From contig NW_013657632.1 of the NCBI RefSeq assembly GCF_000142905.1, positions 186,001 to 250,000 of the forward strand: a stretch of 64,000 nt of DNA. Reading direction: 5' to 3'. This DNA comes from Thecamonas trahens ATCC 50062 (Eukaryota > Protista > Apusomonadida). Below, piece after piece: positions 42,994 through 53,687 of the stretch; the stretch's first letter is position 1; each line of letters begins with the position of its first letter. The translations under genes and the position numbers were made by a program. A model generated the notes under the pieces. The model ran no database searches. It saw nothing but the letters and a program-made list of their open reading frames with translations, and was not told the DNA's origin.

Positions 42994-43555
42994 AGTGTCC
43001 GGGCGCGAGAGAGGTATGGGTGGGTGTGGGTGAGGAGAGAGGAGCCATGGCGGAGAGGAGGAAGGAGGACAGGGGACCAGACAGGGTGCGATCATGGTCA
43101 GACTGGACTGGGGCGGCTGTCTAACCTGCCGATCACTGGCTGTGTGTGTGGTTGGTGGGCAGGGTGACTCTCTGTGCTGGGTCATCGGCTGAGGCGGAGC
43201 AGCAGAGGGAGGGAGGAGGAGGAGGGGGGGGTGACTCATGGTGGGGTTCCTGGCAGAGAGAGGATTTGATATGATCTGGATTGGTTTCCCCTGCAACTCT
43301 CTGCTCTCTGGCCCTGCTGCATGACGCCATCGGTGACAGACGAGTCGGATCGGTCAGATGGGTCACGTTGAGCGCCACGTGGCTGCGCTCAACTAGTCCA
43401 GAGATGGGGAGGGGGGGGGGGGGGGGGAATGGGGGTTTGGTTTAGTTCACATTTTTTTTCTTTTTCCCCTTGTTTATTTTATTACTTATATAAACTGTTA
43501 GGGCCTTACGATACGATATGAAGTTAGGGTTGCCATGTTGGTTGTTTTTCCCCTC

Positions 43556-43655
43556 NNNNNNNNNNNNNNNNNNNNNNNNNNNNNNNNNNNNNNNNNNNNN
43601 NNNNNNNNNNNNNNNNNNNNNNNNNNNNNNNNNNNNNNNNNNNNNNNNNNNNNNN
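43556..43655. other. Assembly gap (100 N)
   Basis: Run of N. Confidence 1.
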
Positions 43656-43694
43656 GGGGGGAAGGGGGAGGGCAAGGAGACAGACTCGACTGCA

Positions 43695-44513
43695 ATGACG
43701 GTCAAGGCATACGCAGACCACAACCCGTTCCTGTTCTTTGCAGGAGTGTTTGGGGCTGTGGTGGTGGCCAAGCGGAGGCTGCGGAGGAGCCATGGCTTGG
43801 GCGCTCGCTGCCCGTCGGTGGTCACGGCTCTGGCTGCCATTCCGCCTGTGGTGGTCAAGGCGCTGCTGCTGCTGATGTGGCTCTCCATTGCGTGGTTCTT
43901 TGTATTTGAGGCGTACTACTCGGTCTACCGCTGTGCTGTCTCAGCCCGCTACCATGACGAGACCATCCTCATCGCCCGCTCGGTCATCACCTTGCTCGAG
44001 GAGCACAACGTGCCGTACTGGATGGACTACGCCACCTTGCTCGCCGTCATCCGCGGGCAGAGTATCAACGAGTGGGACCACGACACAGACATCTCCATAG
44101 TCTTTCCAGACGATGGGCCTGCCGCCCTCATTGCTGCTATCAATGCTGCCGGTATGTATGCTGTCTGGGACGACCGCGACGCCATCCAGATCATGCCATA
44201 CGAGGGCGCCAACCCGCTCAACTCGCCGCACATGGACATCTGGTTCTGGCGCGAGGAGAAGCTCGCCGACGGCTCGCGCGTTGTCTCTACCGCCTACGAC
44301 GACGTCGCCTACCGCAAGCGTGCTTGGGACGACATCTTTCCGCTCAAGGCGGTGGCCTGGAAGGCATGGCCGGGCCACGACATCTACATCCCGGCCGATG
44401 CGCATGGCGTCTCGCAGAAGGAGTTTGGTGCCTGGCCGGGCTCGTACATGACGCCTGTTGTCTACAAGGGCGATTGCTTCCACAACTGGTTCCAGCGGCG
44501 GTGGCTGTATTGA
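43695..44513 (+). CDS. LicD/fukutin-family phosphotransferase with N-terminal TM segments
   Basis: YWMDYATLLAVIR...EWDHDTDI, HMDIW, DIFPLK. Confidence 0.85.
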   Translation: MTVKAYADHNPFLFFAGVFGAVVVAKRRLRRSHGLGARCPSVVTALAAIPPVVVKALLLLMWLSIAWFFVFEAYYSVYRCAVSARYHDETILIARSVITLLEEHNVPYWMDYATLLAVIRGQSINEWDHDTDISIVFPDDGPAALIAAINAAGMYAVWDDRDAIQIMPYEGANPLNSPHMDIWFWREEKLADGSRVVSTAYDDVAYRKRAWDDIFPLKAVAWKAWPGHDIYIPADAHGVSQKEFGAWPGSYMTPVVYKGDCFHNWFQRRWLY

Positions 44514-44678
44514 ACTCCACTGCCCTTGCCACTGCCCCTGGCTGCGATAAAGGTGGTTGCACACATCGTGCCGTGCTGTACCTTGCTGATATCCTTAAAT
44601 GACCTGAAACAGCCATGACAACGGGCCTGCCTAGTGACCATCATGGATAGCGCGGCTGTTTCTTCAGTCTTGGTCACA

Positions 44679-44975
44679 AGCCATTCATACCACGGTCACC
44701 CATAATCAATAGCCATTCATACCATTAATCAATGGTCACCCATAATCAATAGCCATTCATACCATTAATCAATGGTCACCCATAATCAATAGCCATTCAT
44801 ACCATTAATCAATGGTCACCCATAATCAATAGCCATTCATACCATTAATCAATGGTCACCCATAATCAATAGCCATTCATACCATTAATCAATGGTCACC
44901 CATAATCAATAGCCATTCATACCATTAATCAATGGTCACCCATAATCAATAGCCATTCATACCATTAATCAATGG
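44679..44975. repeat. 40-bp perfect minisatellite, about 7 copies
   Basis: Unit CATAATCAATAGCCATTCATACCATTAATCAATGGTCACC; six full copies at 44701-44940 plus partial copies. Confidence 0.98.
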
Positions 44976-45127
44976 CTTCATACCAAGAATCATGGGAAAA
45001 AACAAAACACAGAAAAAGCCAACGGACACATTCTGACCATCGTGCACACCTCGAGTTCCCCACACCACCCGTCATCAACAACCTTCAATTCATACACATC
45101 GCTCCATACACAACATCTTGCACAAGC

Positions 45128-47044
45128 ATGGGAAATCCGTCAGCAAACCGTGTCCGCCCCGAAGAACAGCAGGAGGCCGCCGCGAGCTCGTCAAGGGCCC
45201 GGGCCGGGAGCTCGTCAAGCTCCTCGGGCGCGTCGTCCGACTCGTCCGATGATGTCATGACGTCCAAGCCGCGCGAGTCGCAGGCTGCTATCACCCGCCG
45301 CCTGCTCGCCGAAAAGACCGTGGCCGATGTGGAGAACCCGGACGATCCGCTGGAGAACCTCGACTTTGTTGAGGACGTCGAAGAGTCGGAGCACTTTGTC
45401 AAGCTCCACGAGCACGAAGGCCTGCTCGAGGGCCTCATCCGGCTCGATCCCGACCTGGTCTCCAGCTACTCGGGCCGCCGGCGGTACTTTAAGCGCAAGC
45501 GCGTCCCTCCGGGCCACGTCGGCCTCGGTGACAACGCCTCGCGGACCATGTTCTTCCGCCCGGGCTCGTACACACGCATCGGCCTCGGGCGCAAGCTCCC
45601 CTCGCACGCCGTGGCGCCCATTCCGGGGCCCGGCGGGCGGCTCAACCACGGCGACATCACGTACGCGCACCTGCGCGACGACCAGGTTGCCGTCCTCAAC
45701 ATCGGCGATGAGTCGCACATCATCGGCAAGGGCCGGTACATCATCCGCACGCCCAACCACCTCTCGGACTTTGTCTCGCTCCGCGAGCCGGGCGACCTCG
45801 AGTTCAAGAACATCATCCGCGAGTCACAGGAGATGATTGATGGCGAGCTTGTCGACCGCCGAGTCGAGGACCGCGAGGGCGCCGGCTTCCGCATCTCGGT
45901 CGGCTCGGTCCAGTTCCTCCGTGCCGAGCCGGGCTACGTCTGGGCCGTCCAGCGTGGTGACGGCCACGTCCGGACCGGCGAGGGCGTCACCGCCGTTCGC
46001 CGTGACGAGAAGTTTATCGACTGGCTCAACTCGCAGATGACCACCCGCACCACCGACGTCAAGGTCTACCTCACCGCCGACGTCGAGGAGGCGCAGATCA
46101 AGCTCCAGCTCCAGTGGCGGCTTCGCGACGGCAACCTCTGGGTCCGCCAGTGCAAGGCCTTTGAGGACCCGTTCGACTACTTTGAGGAGAAGCTCGACTC
46201 GCTCGTCCAGGACGAGATCGGCAGCTACTGCAAGTCGGAGCTCGAGCAGCAGCGGCTGGTCAAGTTTGACGAGTTTGAGGCCCACGTTCGCCCCGCGCTT
46301 GGCGCTGCCGGCGAAGCCGTCGGCGTCCGCCTCCTCTCCATCGAGGTTCGCCACCTCCGCTTCCCGGTTGCCGACCGCATTGAGCGTGAGCGCCGGCTGC
46401 ACGAGGCCCAGGCACTGCGCAACCAGCGCGAGCACGACCACCAGACCCAGCTCAAGCGCCAGGAGTTGGCCCAGATCGCAGAGGCCGCAGAGGCCGAGCT
46501 CTCGCGCGAGCAGAATGCTGCCCGCCGCGAGGCCGAAATCGCTGCCGTCCGCGACGAGCGTGAGCTCGCAAAGGTCGAGGCCGAGTCGGCCCGCTCCCGC
46601 CGCGAGATGGAGGCAGAGCAGGAGCGCGTCCGCATTCAGGGTGAGACCCAGGTGATCCAGGCCGAGAACGCCGCCGTCGTCGCCGCCGTCGAGCGCGAGA
46701 AGCGCGCAGAGGCCGAGCTCCGCATTGCCCGCCTCGAAGCCGAGGCCGAAATCGTCCGCGCAAACGCCGCCGCTGAAGCTGCCCTCAAGATGGCAAAGAT
46801 CTTCTCCGAAAACCCCGAGTACCTCAAGTTCCGCGAGCTCGAGGTCCAGGCCACCATCGAGCAGGCCCGCATCGCCGCCGTCGGCCGCTTTGCCGACAAC
46901 CCCAACGCCCTCCTTCCGGCCACTCTTCAGCAGCAGGTCCTCCGCATGAACGGCGGCTTTGATCCGCGCGACCTCGTCATCTCGCCCATGGGTGTGCCGT
47001 ACACCCAGGCAGCCTCCGCCCCACAGAACGGCGCGCGCTCGTAG
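45128..47044 (+). CDS. SPFH/band-7 domain protein with N-terminal beta repeats and a long coiled coil
   Basis: LTADVEEAQIKLQLQWRLRD, GVRLLSIEVRHLRFP, EAEA-rich coil, ENPEYLKFRELE; MG start. Confidence 0.85.
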   Translation: MGNPSANRVRPEEQQEAAASSSRARAGSSSSSSGASSDSSDDVMTSKPRESQAAITRRLLAEKTVADVENPDDPLENLDFVEDVEESEHFVKLHEHEGLLEGLIRLDPDLVSSYSGRRRYFKRKRVPPGHVGLGDNASRTMFFRPGSYTRIGLGRKLPSHAVAPIPGPGGRLNHGDITYAHLRDDQVAVLNIGDESHIIGKGRYIIRTPNHLSDFVSLREPGDLEFKNIIRESQEMIDGELVDRRVEDREGAGFRISVGSVQFLRAEPGYVWAVQRGDGHVRTGEGVTAVRRDEKFIDWLNSQMTTRTTDVKVYLTADVEEAQIKLQLQWRLRDGNLWVRQCKAFEDPFDYFEEKLDSLVQDEIGSYCKSELEQQRLVKFDEFEAHVRPALGAAGEAVGVRLLSIEVRHLRFPVADRIERERRLHEAQALRNQREHDHQTQLKRQELAQIAEAAEAELSREQNAARREAEIAAVRDERELAKVEAESARSRREMEAEQERVRIQGETQVIQAENAAVVAAVEREKRAEAELRIARLEAEAEIVRANAAAEAALKMAKIFSENPEYLKFRELEVQATIEQARIAAVGRFADNPNALLPATLQQQVLRMNGGFDPRDLVISPMGVPYTQAASAPQNGARS

Positions 47045-47561
47045 CTGATGGCTCGTAGCTGATGGCCCGTAGCCTCCGTCGCCACAGCCGCCCATCTCCA
47101 GCTCACACTTTGCTCTTGCTCCTGCACATTTCCACAGCATAAACCCGCAAAAATGACTTGAATCCATCGCGACGATGTGCGCCGCCCGAGTCGACAATCA
47201 TCCGCCCACAATCGTCCGTCGTCGCACGCGAGACACCAATCGTCGGCGCTGGCCACCACTCAACAACAGCAAAGAAACGAACATGGTATGCTCCTTCAGG
47301 AGAACGGCGCGCGCTCGTAGCTGATGGCCCGTAGCCTCCGTCGTCACAGCCGTCCATCTCCAGCTCACACTTTGCTCTTGCTCCTGCACATTTCCACAGC
47401 ATAAACCCGCAAAAATGACTTGAATCCATCGCGACGATGTGCCCGCCCGAGTCGACAATCATCCGCCCACAATCGTCCGTCGTCGCACGCGAGACACCAA
47501 TCGTTGGCGCTGGCCACCACTCAACAACATCAAAGAAACGAACATGGTATGCTCCTTCAGG
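47025..47561 (+). repeat. Tandem duplication of about 265 bp (47025-47300, 47301-47561)
   Basis: Near-identical copies covering the SPFH stop, the intergenic region and ATG|GTATGC. Confidence 0.95.
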
Positions 47562-49679
47562 AGGTGAAGGGGGGGGGGGAGGGGGGGGGGGGGGGGAGGG
47601 GCTAACGAGGACCAGAAGAACACGGCTGTGGGAGAACGAGTACGTAGGGTTGCTCTTTTGGAGTTGCTCTCCCCGCAGTGGTCTTCATGAGTCTCTTCTG
47701 CATGCCGTGCAGCCGGGGCTGGCTACGTCTGGGCTGCGTGGCAACGATCACACGCGTCGGCGACGAGAGGGAGGTCAGGAGGGCGCAAGACCATGACCTT
47801 CACCTCGCCACCCTGGATGCAGAAAGCCACCAGGAGACCTACCCACTCGCATACACACGCAAGCAAGCATACTCCACTTGCTTGTGTCATAACTATCCCA
47901 CCACCTTCTGCAATCGGTCCCCTCCTGCTCGCCTCGCCCATACCCTGCCGCTTGCCCCGGCTTCCCTTGTCGGCGTCCTCTCTTACCTTTCGCCTCGTTG
48001 GACACCTTTTTTTTAGGACTCACTTTTTTCGGCGGGTGGCTTTGGGGGGGGGGGGACATGGTCACACCGACTATCCCTTGAACTGTACCATCCTCTGCAT
48101 CAATGTCATGTCTTGTCACGTCACTCACACAAACGGTACGAATGCGTTGGGGTTGGGGGTTTGGGGGGGGGGGGGACAGGCTGATACTACTGCCCCTGCG
48201 CCGCCGCTCCTTATCTCGGGCGGAGATGTTGTCAACGCGGATCAGACGTTCCGTGCGGACGTGCTCTGTGTGGATGGTGTGATTGCTGCCGTGGGCCTCG
48301 ACCTGGATGTCCCCGAGGGAACGCAGGTTGTGGACGCGACCGGTCTGCTCGTGATGCCCGGAGGCGTGGACACGCACACGCATTGCCGGCTTCCGTTCAT
48401 GTCGACGGTGGCGATCGACGACTTTGAGACCGGAACGCGCGGCGCGCTGTGCGGCGGCACAACGTCGATCATCGACTTTGTCATTCCGTCGCCCGGCCAG
48501 TCGATTCTGGCGGCGTTTGACCAGTGGCAGGAGTGGGCTGCAGACGCACAGTGCGACTTTGGTTTCCATGTGGCGATTACGTGGTGGTCGGACCAGGTCG
48601 AGGAGGAGATGGGCATCCTGACGCGCGAGCGCGGTGTGGCGTCGTTCAAGCACTTCCTCGCGTACAAGGGTGCGCTCATGCTCGACGACGAGGCGCTGTA
48701 CAACTCGTTCACCCGCGCCAAGGAGCTCGGCGCGCTCTGCACGGTCCACGCCGAGAACGGCGAGATGGTGTACCGCGGGCAGATGAAGATGCTCGAGGCA
48801 GGAATCACCGGGCCCGAGGGCCACCCGTGGTCGCGCCCTGTCGAGTGTGAGGCGGAGGCCACCGACCGTGCGCTCCGCACCGGCGAGTTCATCAACACGC
48901 CGGTTTACATTGTCCACGTCTCGTGCAAGGAGGCCATGGACGTGGTGGCGCGCGCCAAGGCCGCCGGCCAGGTTTGCTACGCTGAGGTGCTTGCTGGCCA
49001 TGCGACCATCGACGACTCGGTCTACTTCCAGGAGGACAAGCGCGCCGCCATGCACTACGTCATGTCGCCGCCCTTCCGCCCGGCTGGCAACCCTGACGCG
49101 CTTATCAACGCGCTCGCCGCCGGCGTCGCCGACACCACCGCCACCGACAACTGCACCTTCTGTACCGAGCAGAAGTCCATGGGCGCCGACGACTTTACCA
49201 AGATCCCCAACGGAACTGCCGGCATCGAGGACCGCATGTCGGTCCTCTTTGACCGCATGGTAGTCCAGGGAGCCATCGACGTCAACAAGTTTGTGGCTGT
49301 GACTTCGACCAACGCCGCGCGCATCTTCAACATGTACCCGCGCAAGGGTGTCATCGCCGTCGGCTCGGACGCTGACATCTGCGTCATGGACCCCAACGCC
49401 AAGCGGGTCATCTCGGTCAACACCCACCACGTCAAGGTCGACTTTAACCCGTGGGAGGGCCGCGAGGTCACCGGCGTCCCGGCCTTTACCGTTTGCGCCG
49501 GCCGCCTCGTCTGGAAGGCCGTCATCGCTGACGGTGTCGCAGACTGGGCCGCTGGTGAGTTCTCCGGCGTCAAGGGCTCTGGCCGCTACATCGAGCGCCC
49601 GTGCTTTGGCCTGCCGTTCGAGACTGTCCCGGTCACCGACAAGCTCCGGGAGAAGCAGCCGATCCAGCGTGCCGAGTAA
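47544..49679 (+). CDS. DPYS: Dihydropyrimidinase; predicted exons 47544-47546, 47616-47639, 48180-49679
   Basis: PGGVDTHTH, GGTTSIIDF, SFKHFLAYK, VHAENG, GPEGH..SRP, YVMSPP, DFTKIPNG.AGIEDRM, GSDAD. The splice model gives M|KNTAVGER|ADTTAP. Confidence 0.92.
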
Positions 49680-50143
49680 CTCGCACATTCTTGCTCTTAA
49701 ACTGTTTGTTTGCTCGTCGCCACTCTTCATCCGCCCATCTAGCGTCTCAACGCGTGCGAGCCACGTCCAGCTCAGCTTGAACAGCTCGTCCACAAACAAA
49801 GCCATTGCGGTGACATAGTAAACATCACCCGCCTTTTCGGTGATCTACAATTTCGAGTCCATCCCGCCGTCCCCTCGCCCATCCTCAACCTCCAGCCTTT
49901 GCGTCGCTCCTTCGCTTCCGTCTCCCACCTCACTCAAGACATAAAGCACACTACCTTCCACCTCCTTCTCCACTCTCCTCATCTGATACGTACTATCGCC
50001 TGTGATCGGGACTAATACCTCGCTTCACCGCCCACCACCTCGGGATCCGCCCACAGCTCAAGGGACCAACACGGCACTTGCCGGCGCGCCGACGCCGACG
50101 CCGAACGGCAGCACCACTCTTCTCCCACGCCCCGCACCCAGTC

Positions 50144-51661
50144 ATGGCCAACTACGGCGAGTGCTCGAGGGACGAACTGGTGGCACTACTCCAGCAGCGG
50201 GACGCTGAGCTGGCTGCCGTCCGGGCAGCGGGCGGACCAGCTGCTGTGCTCCCGGCTCTGGGCGCCGCCGCCGGGACTGCCCGCAAGAAGCGCAAACTGC
50301 TGAGCAACGACGCTGGATCGGGGACCGGCAGCGGAGGCGATGGAGAGGGGAGCGACAGTGAACGGAAGCGCAAGGTTGCTGGCGGTGCGGCGAGTTCGGG
50401 CGGTGCGGCGAGTTCGGGCGGCGCGGCGAACGCGGGCGGCGCGGCGATGACGGGCAAGCAGAGCAAGAAGAGCAAGAAGAAGAAGCAAAAGGGCGGGCGG
50501 GCGTTTGTGTGGAACCGATTTGCAGTGCGGCAAGTGGCGCTCAAGGTGGCATACCTCGGATGGGATTACTACGGGCTGGCGCGGCAGGTCGAGGTGCGCG
50601 AGACGGTGGAGGAGCATCTGTTTGCGGCGCTGATCAAGACCAAGCTTGTGCCGTCGCTGGAAGAGGCCGGATACTCGCGGGCTGGCCGAACGGACAAGGG
50701 CGTGTCTGCCTTTGGGCAAGTTGTGGGCCTGCGGGTTCGGTCCAAGCTGCGGAGCGGGCCTGGCATTGTGGCGGTGCCGTCGGATGCGAGCGCGTTGGCC
50801 AAGCTTTCGGACGATGAGGCCGACGAAATTCCTTACGCGCACGTTCTCAACCGGGTCCTTCCGCCACGAATTCGTGTTGTGGCGTGGGCGCCGGTCTCGA
50901 TCACCTTTGACGCGCGGTTCTCTGCGCTGACGCGGACGTACCGCTACTTTTTCACCGCCGACGACCTCGATCTTGACGCCATGCGCGAGGCTGGGCGGCG
51001 GCTGGTTGGGCGGCACGACTTTCGCAACTTTTGCAAGATGGACTGGAAGAACGTGTCCAACTTTGTGCGCGATGTGCTTGAGTTTGACATTGTGCCTGTG
51101 CCTGCCTTTTCGCACGATGAGGGCGAGGCCGAGGCCTCTGGCGCGCGGTTCACCAAGCGGTACAAGGGCTACTACTTTCACATCAAGGGCTACGCCTTTC
51201 TCTGGCACCAAGTTCGATGCATGGTGGCGGTCCTGTTCATGGTCGGCCGCGGCGACGAGTCGCCGGACATTGTCACCTGGCTCCTCGAGTCGGCCTCCGA
51301 GTCGTCTGGTCGTCCGCAGTACCTGATGGCATCCGAGATCCCTCTCGTCCTCTACGACGTCGAGTTCGAGGATCTGCCGCTTCGCTACGAGCCTGGTGCG
51401 CTGGGTACCGTCCTCACAGCGTGGGAGTCCATGCTGCAGGAGCATGCCATCAAGGCCATGACGCTGGCCACCATGACCACGTCGCTGGTGACGGGCGTGC
51501 AGGTGACTGGGACCGAGGCCAACTGGGAGGCGTATGCGCGCGCCGAAGGTGTCTCGATCCTGGGGCCTCACTCAAAAGCCTCTGAGAAGCACCGTCCGCT
51601 TCGGGACCGCGGCCGAGGCTTGTCATTTAAGGAGCACTGGCGTCGCGAGGGTGGCAAGTAG
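50144..51661 (+). CDS. PUS3: tRNA pseudouridine(38/39) synthase (TruA family, Pus3/Deg1)
   Basis: VALKVAYLGWDYYG, YSRAGRTDKGVSAFGQV, FDARFS, HDFRNFCKMD, AFLWHQVRCM. Confidence 0.93.
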   Translation: MANYGECSRDELVALLQQRDAELAAVRAAGGPAAVLPALGAAAGTARKKRKLLSNDAGSGTGSGGDGEGSDSERKRKVAGGAASSGGAASSGGAANAGGAAMTGKQSKKSKKKKQKGGRAFVWNRFAVRQVALKVAYLGWDYYGLARQVEVRETVEEHLFAALIKTKLVPSLEEAGYSRAGRTDKGVSAFGQVVGLRVRSKLRSGPGIVAVPSDASALAKLSDDEADEIPYAHVLNRVLPPRIRVVAWAPVSITFDARFSALTRTYRYFFTADDLDLDAMREAGRRLVGRHDFRNFCKMDWKNVSNFVRDVLEFDIVPVPAFSHDEGEAEASGARFTKRYKGYYFHIKGYAFLWHQVRCMVAVLFMVGRGDESPDIVTWLLESASESSGRPQYLMASEIPLVLYDVEFEDLPLRYEPGALGTVLTAWESMLQEHAIKAMTLATMTTSLVTGVQVTGTEANWEAYARAEGVSILGPHSKASEKHRPLRDRGRGLSFKEHWRREGGK

Positions 51662-51677
51662 CCGGCGGGCACGGCTT

Positions 51678-53687
51678 TCAGCGCCGGCCCGAGGCCGAAC
51701 GGGAGGTCCTTGCCCGAGATTTGCTCGGCTTGCGCACGCGGACGCGCGAGGTCGAGCGTGAGGTCGAGCGCGAGGTTGAGCGAGCCGAGCGGGCTGATGA
51801 GCGAGCCGAGCGCGAGAGCGGCGAGCGTCTCGAGGACTTGCGCGCCTTTTCGATGGCGAGCCTGTTGAGGCCCGACATGGAGGCCGAGGCGCGCAGGCCC
51901 GTACGCGAGCGGCGGCTCTCGATGCTGTCACTCCCAAACTGCGAGCTGGCGACACGGCGGAAGGCCGAGGAGCGCGAAGTGTGGGTCGAGCGGCGAACGC
52001 GGCGCGGCTTGCGGGACAAAAGCGTCACCGTTGCCGAAGAAGTCGAGGCCGAAAGCGTGTACGAGTCCGAGTCTGTGATAGAGTTAGAGTTGTAGCCAGA
52101 GCCCGAGGACGACGAGGACGACGAGGTGCCGCCTGTAGTGGTGGCGGCAGCTGTGGCAGTGGCGGTAACGGACGAGTCGGACGAGCGGCGCCGCGAGCGC
52201 GAGGCGGCGTGAAGGACCGACGTCCGCCTCCGCTGCTCCTTGGTAGGCGATGAAACATTGTCAAGGAGTCTGCGCGGGAGGAGGTCGCCCTTGTGGTGGC
52301 GGACATACATTGAGTGGTCTTCGGGATTGGCGAGCTTGATGGTGGCCTCGAGGCGGACCTCGGGTTCCATGTGCTCCATGCGAAGTGAGCGGACAGCAGC
52401 GATGTAGCCCTCGGCGTCAGTGAGGGGCAGCCTCCGCCACGACATGTCGTCCTCGCGCGGATCATGTGGGAGCTCGTACTTGTCGCGCGGATGGGCCTCA
52501 AGGTCTTCTAGGTCGACCGCGGTGGTCGACGCGCCTGCTGTCGACGAGGCTGATGATGAGCCCGCGCCTGACGATGACGACGATGACGACGACGATGCTG
52601 ATGACGAGCCAGAGCATGACGATGAACCGAGGGCGGCGCGCTCGGCCTGAAGCGTTTTGAGCTCGTCGAGCTTGCGGCGTGCGCGCTGCTGGACGAGGCG
52701 GCGGAACATGGCCTCGAGAGTCTCGTAGGCGCGATCGCCGCGCGAGTGCGGCGGCTTGGCCTTGGCCTTGCGGAAGCGGGAGCGGGGGCGGGAGCGGGAG
52801 CGTGCGCTGCGGCTGGAAGCTGATGCGCTGGGCTCAGCGGCGGCGCGGTAGGCGGCCTTGGACATGAGCTTGCGGGCGACAGCGTCGACCTTGGGGTGCG
52901 CAGTGAGGAGGTCGTCGACCGAGGGCCGGACATGCGGGTCCTTACGGAGCATGGCGGTGATGAGGCCGGCAAAGGCGTCTGAAAAGTGGCGCGGGATGGC
53001 GCGCGGGCGGTCCTTGACAATGGACTTCATCTGCGACTTGAGGGTAGAACCTTCAAAGGGGAAGCGAAAGGTGGCGAGGCGGTAGAGGACGACGCCGAGG
53101 GCCCAGACATCATTCTTGGGCCCGTATGGCTTGCCACGGCAGACTTCGGGCGAGAGGTACGATGGCGTGCCGACGGTGGTCTCGGCCTTGGACAATGCGC
53201 GGGAGAGAATGGTGGTTGCGCCAAAGTCGCCGATCTTGATGGTCTTGTCCTTGGCGAGAAAGATGTTGCCCGGTTTGAGGTCGCGGTGCAGGACCTTGCG
53301 GTCGTGCATGTGCTTGAGACCGAGGAGCATCTGAGCAAACCACTTGACAAGCTTGGCCTCTGTGTAGTACTCGGCGTGCTTGCGGAGCTTGCGCGAGATC
53401 TCTCGGGCAAGATCCCCTCGGGCGGCGTACTCCATGACGATGTACAGTTGATTGTCATCAGTCCAAGCCTCCTCAAAGGCAATGATGTTGGGGTGTGCCA
53501 TCGAGGCGAGGACAGAGACCTCCGACATGGCATGCTTGGCCGACTTTGCACCAAACAACTTCATCTCCATCTCCTTCATCACAAACACAGCTCCATCACT
53601 CTGCCTGCGGACCTTCCAGATCACTCCCGACACGCCTCGTCCGACACGCCCCACCACCCGATAGCCCTGCGCTTCGGGGCTCTCCAT
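51678..53687 (-). CDS. NIMA-related (NEK) Ser/Thr kinase
   Basis: HPNII, YIVMEYA, HRDLKPGNIFL, KIGDFG, VGTPSYLSPEVC, DVWALG; long S/R-rich tail. Confidence 0.92.
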   Translation of the reverse strand: MESPEAQGYRVVGRVGRGVSGVIWKVRRQSDGAVFVMKEMEMKLFGAKSAKHAMSEVSVLASMAHPNIIAFEEAWTDDNQLYIVMEYAARGDLAREISRKLRKHAEYYTEAKLVKWFAQMLLGLKHMHDRKVLHRDLKPGNIFLAKDKTIKIGDFGATTILSRALSKAETTVGTPSYLSPEVCRGKPYGPKNDVWALGVVLYRLATFRFPFEGSTLKSQMKSIVKDRPRAIPRHFSDAFAGLITAMLRKDPHVRPSVDDLLTAHPKVDAVARKLMSKAAYRAAAEPSASASSRSARSRSRPRSRFRKAKAKPPHSRGDRAYETLEAMFRRLVQQRARRKLDELKTLQAERAALGSSSCSGSSSASSSSSSSSSGAGSSSASSTAGASTTAVDLEDLEAHPRDKYELPHDPREDDMSWRRLPLTDAEGYIAAVRSLRMEHMEPEVRLEATIKLANPEDHSMYVRHHKGDLLPRRLLDNVSSPTKEQRRRTSVLHAASRSRRRSSDSSVTATATAAATTTGGTSSSSSSSGSGYNSNSITDSDSYTLSASTSSATVTLLSRKPRRVRRSTHTSRSSAFRRVASSQFGSDSIESRRSRTGLRASASMSGLNRLAIEKARKSSRRSPLSRSARSSARSARSTSRSTSRSTSRVRVRKPSKSRARTSRSASGRR

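Noticed and set aside
44679-44975. 40-bp array as a CRISPR
   Set aside because: Head-to-tail identical units with no spacers and no cas genes; eukaryotic context.
47793-48179. In-frame N-terminal extension of the DPYS ORF
   Set aside because: Homopolymer-rich, intron-like sequence ending in a branch motif and CAG acceptor.
47775-49805. 676-aa antisense ORF (likewise 40000-41721, 22505-24511, 18600-20228, 50186-51571, 45824-47197)
   Set aside because: Shadow ORFs opposite real genes, caused by high GC3; no domains recognised.
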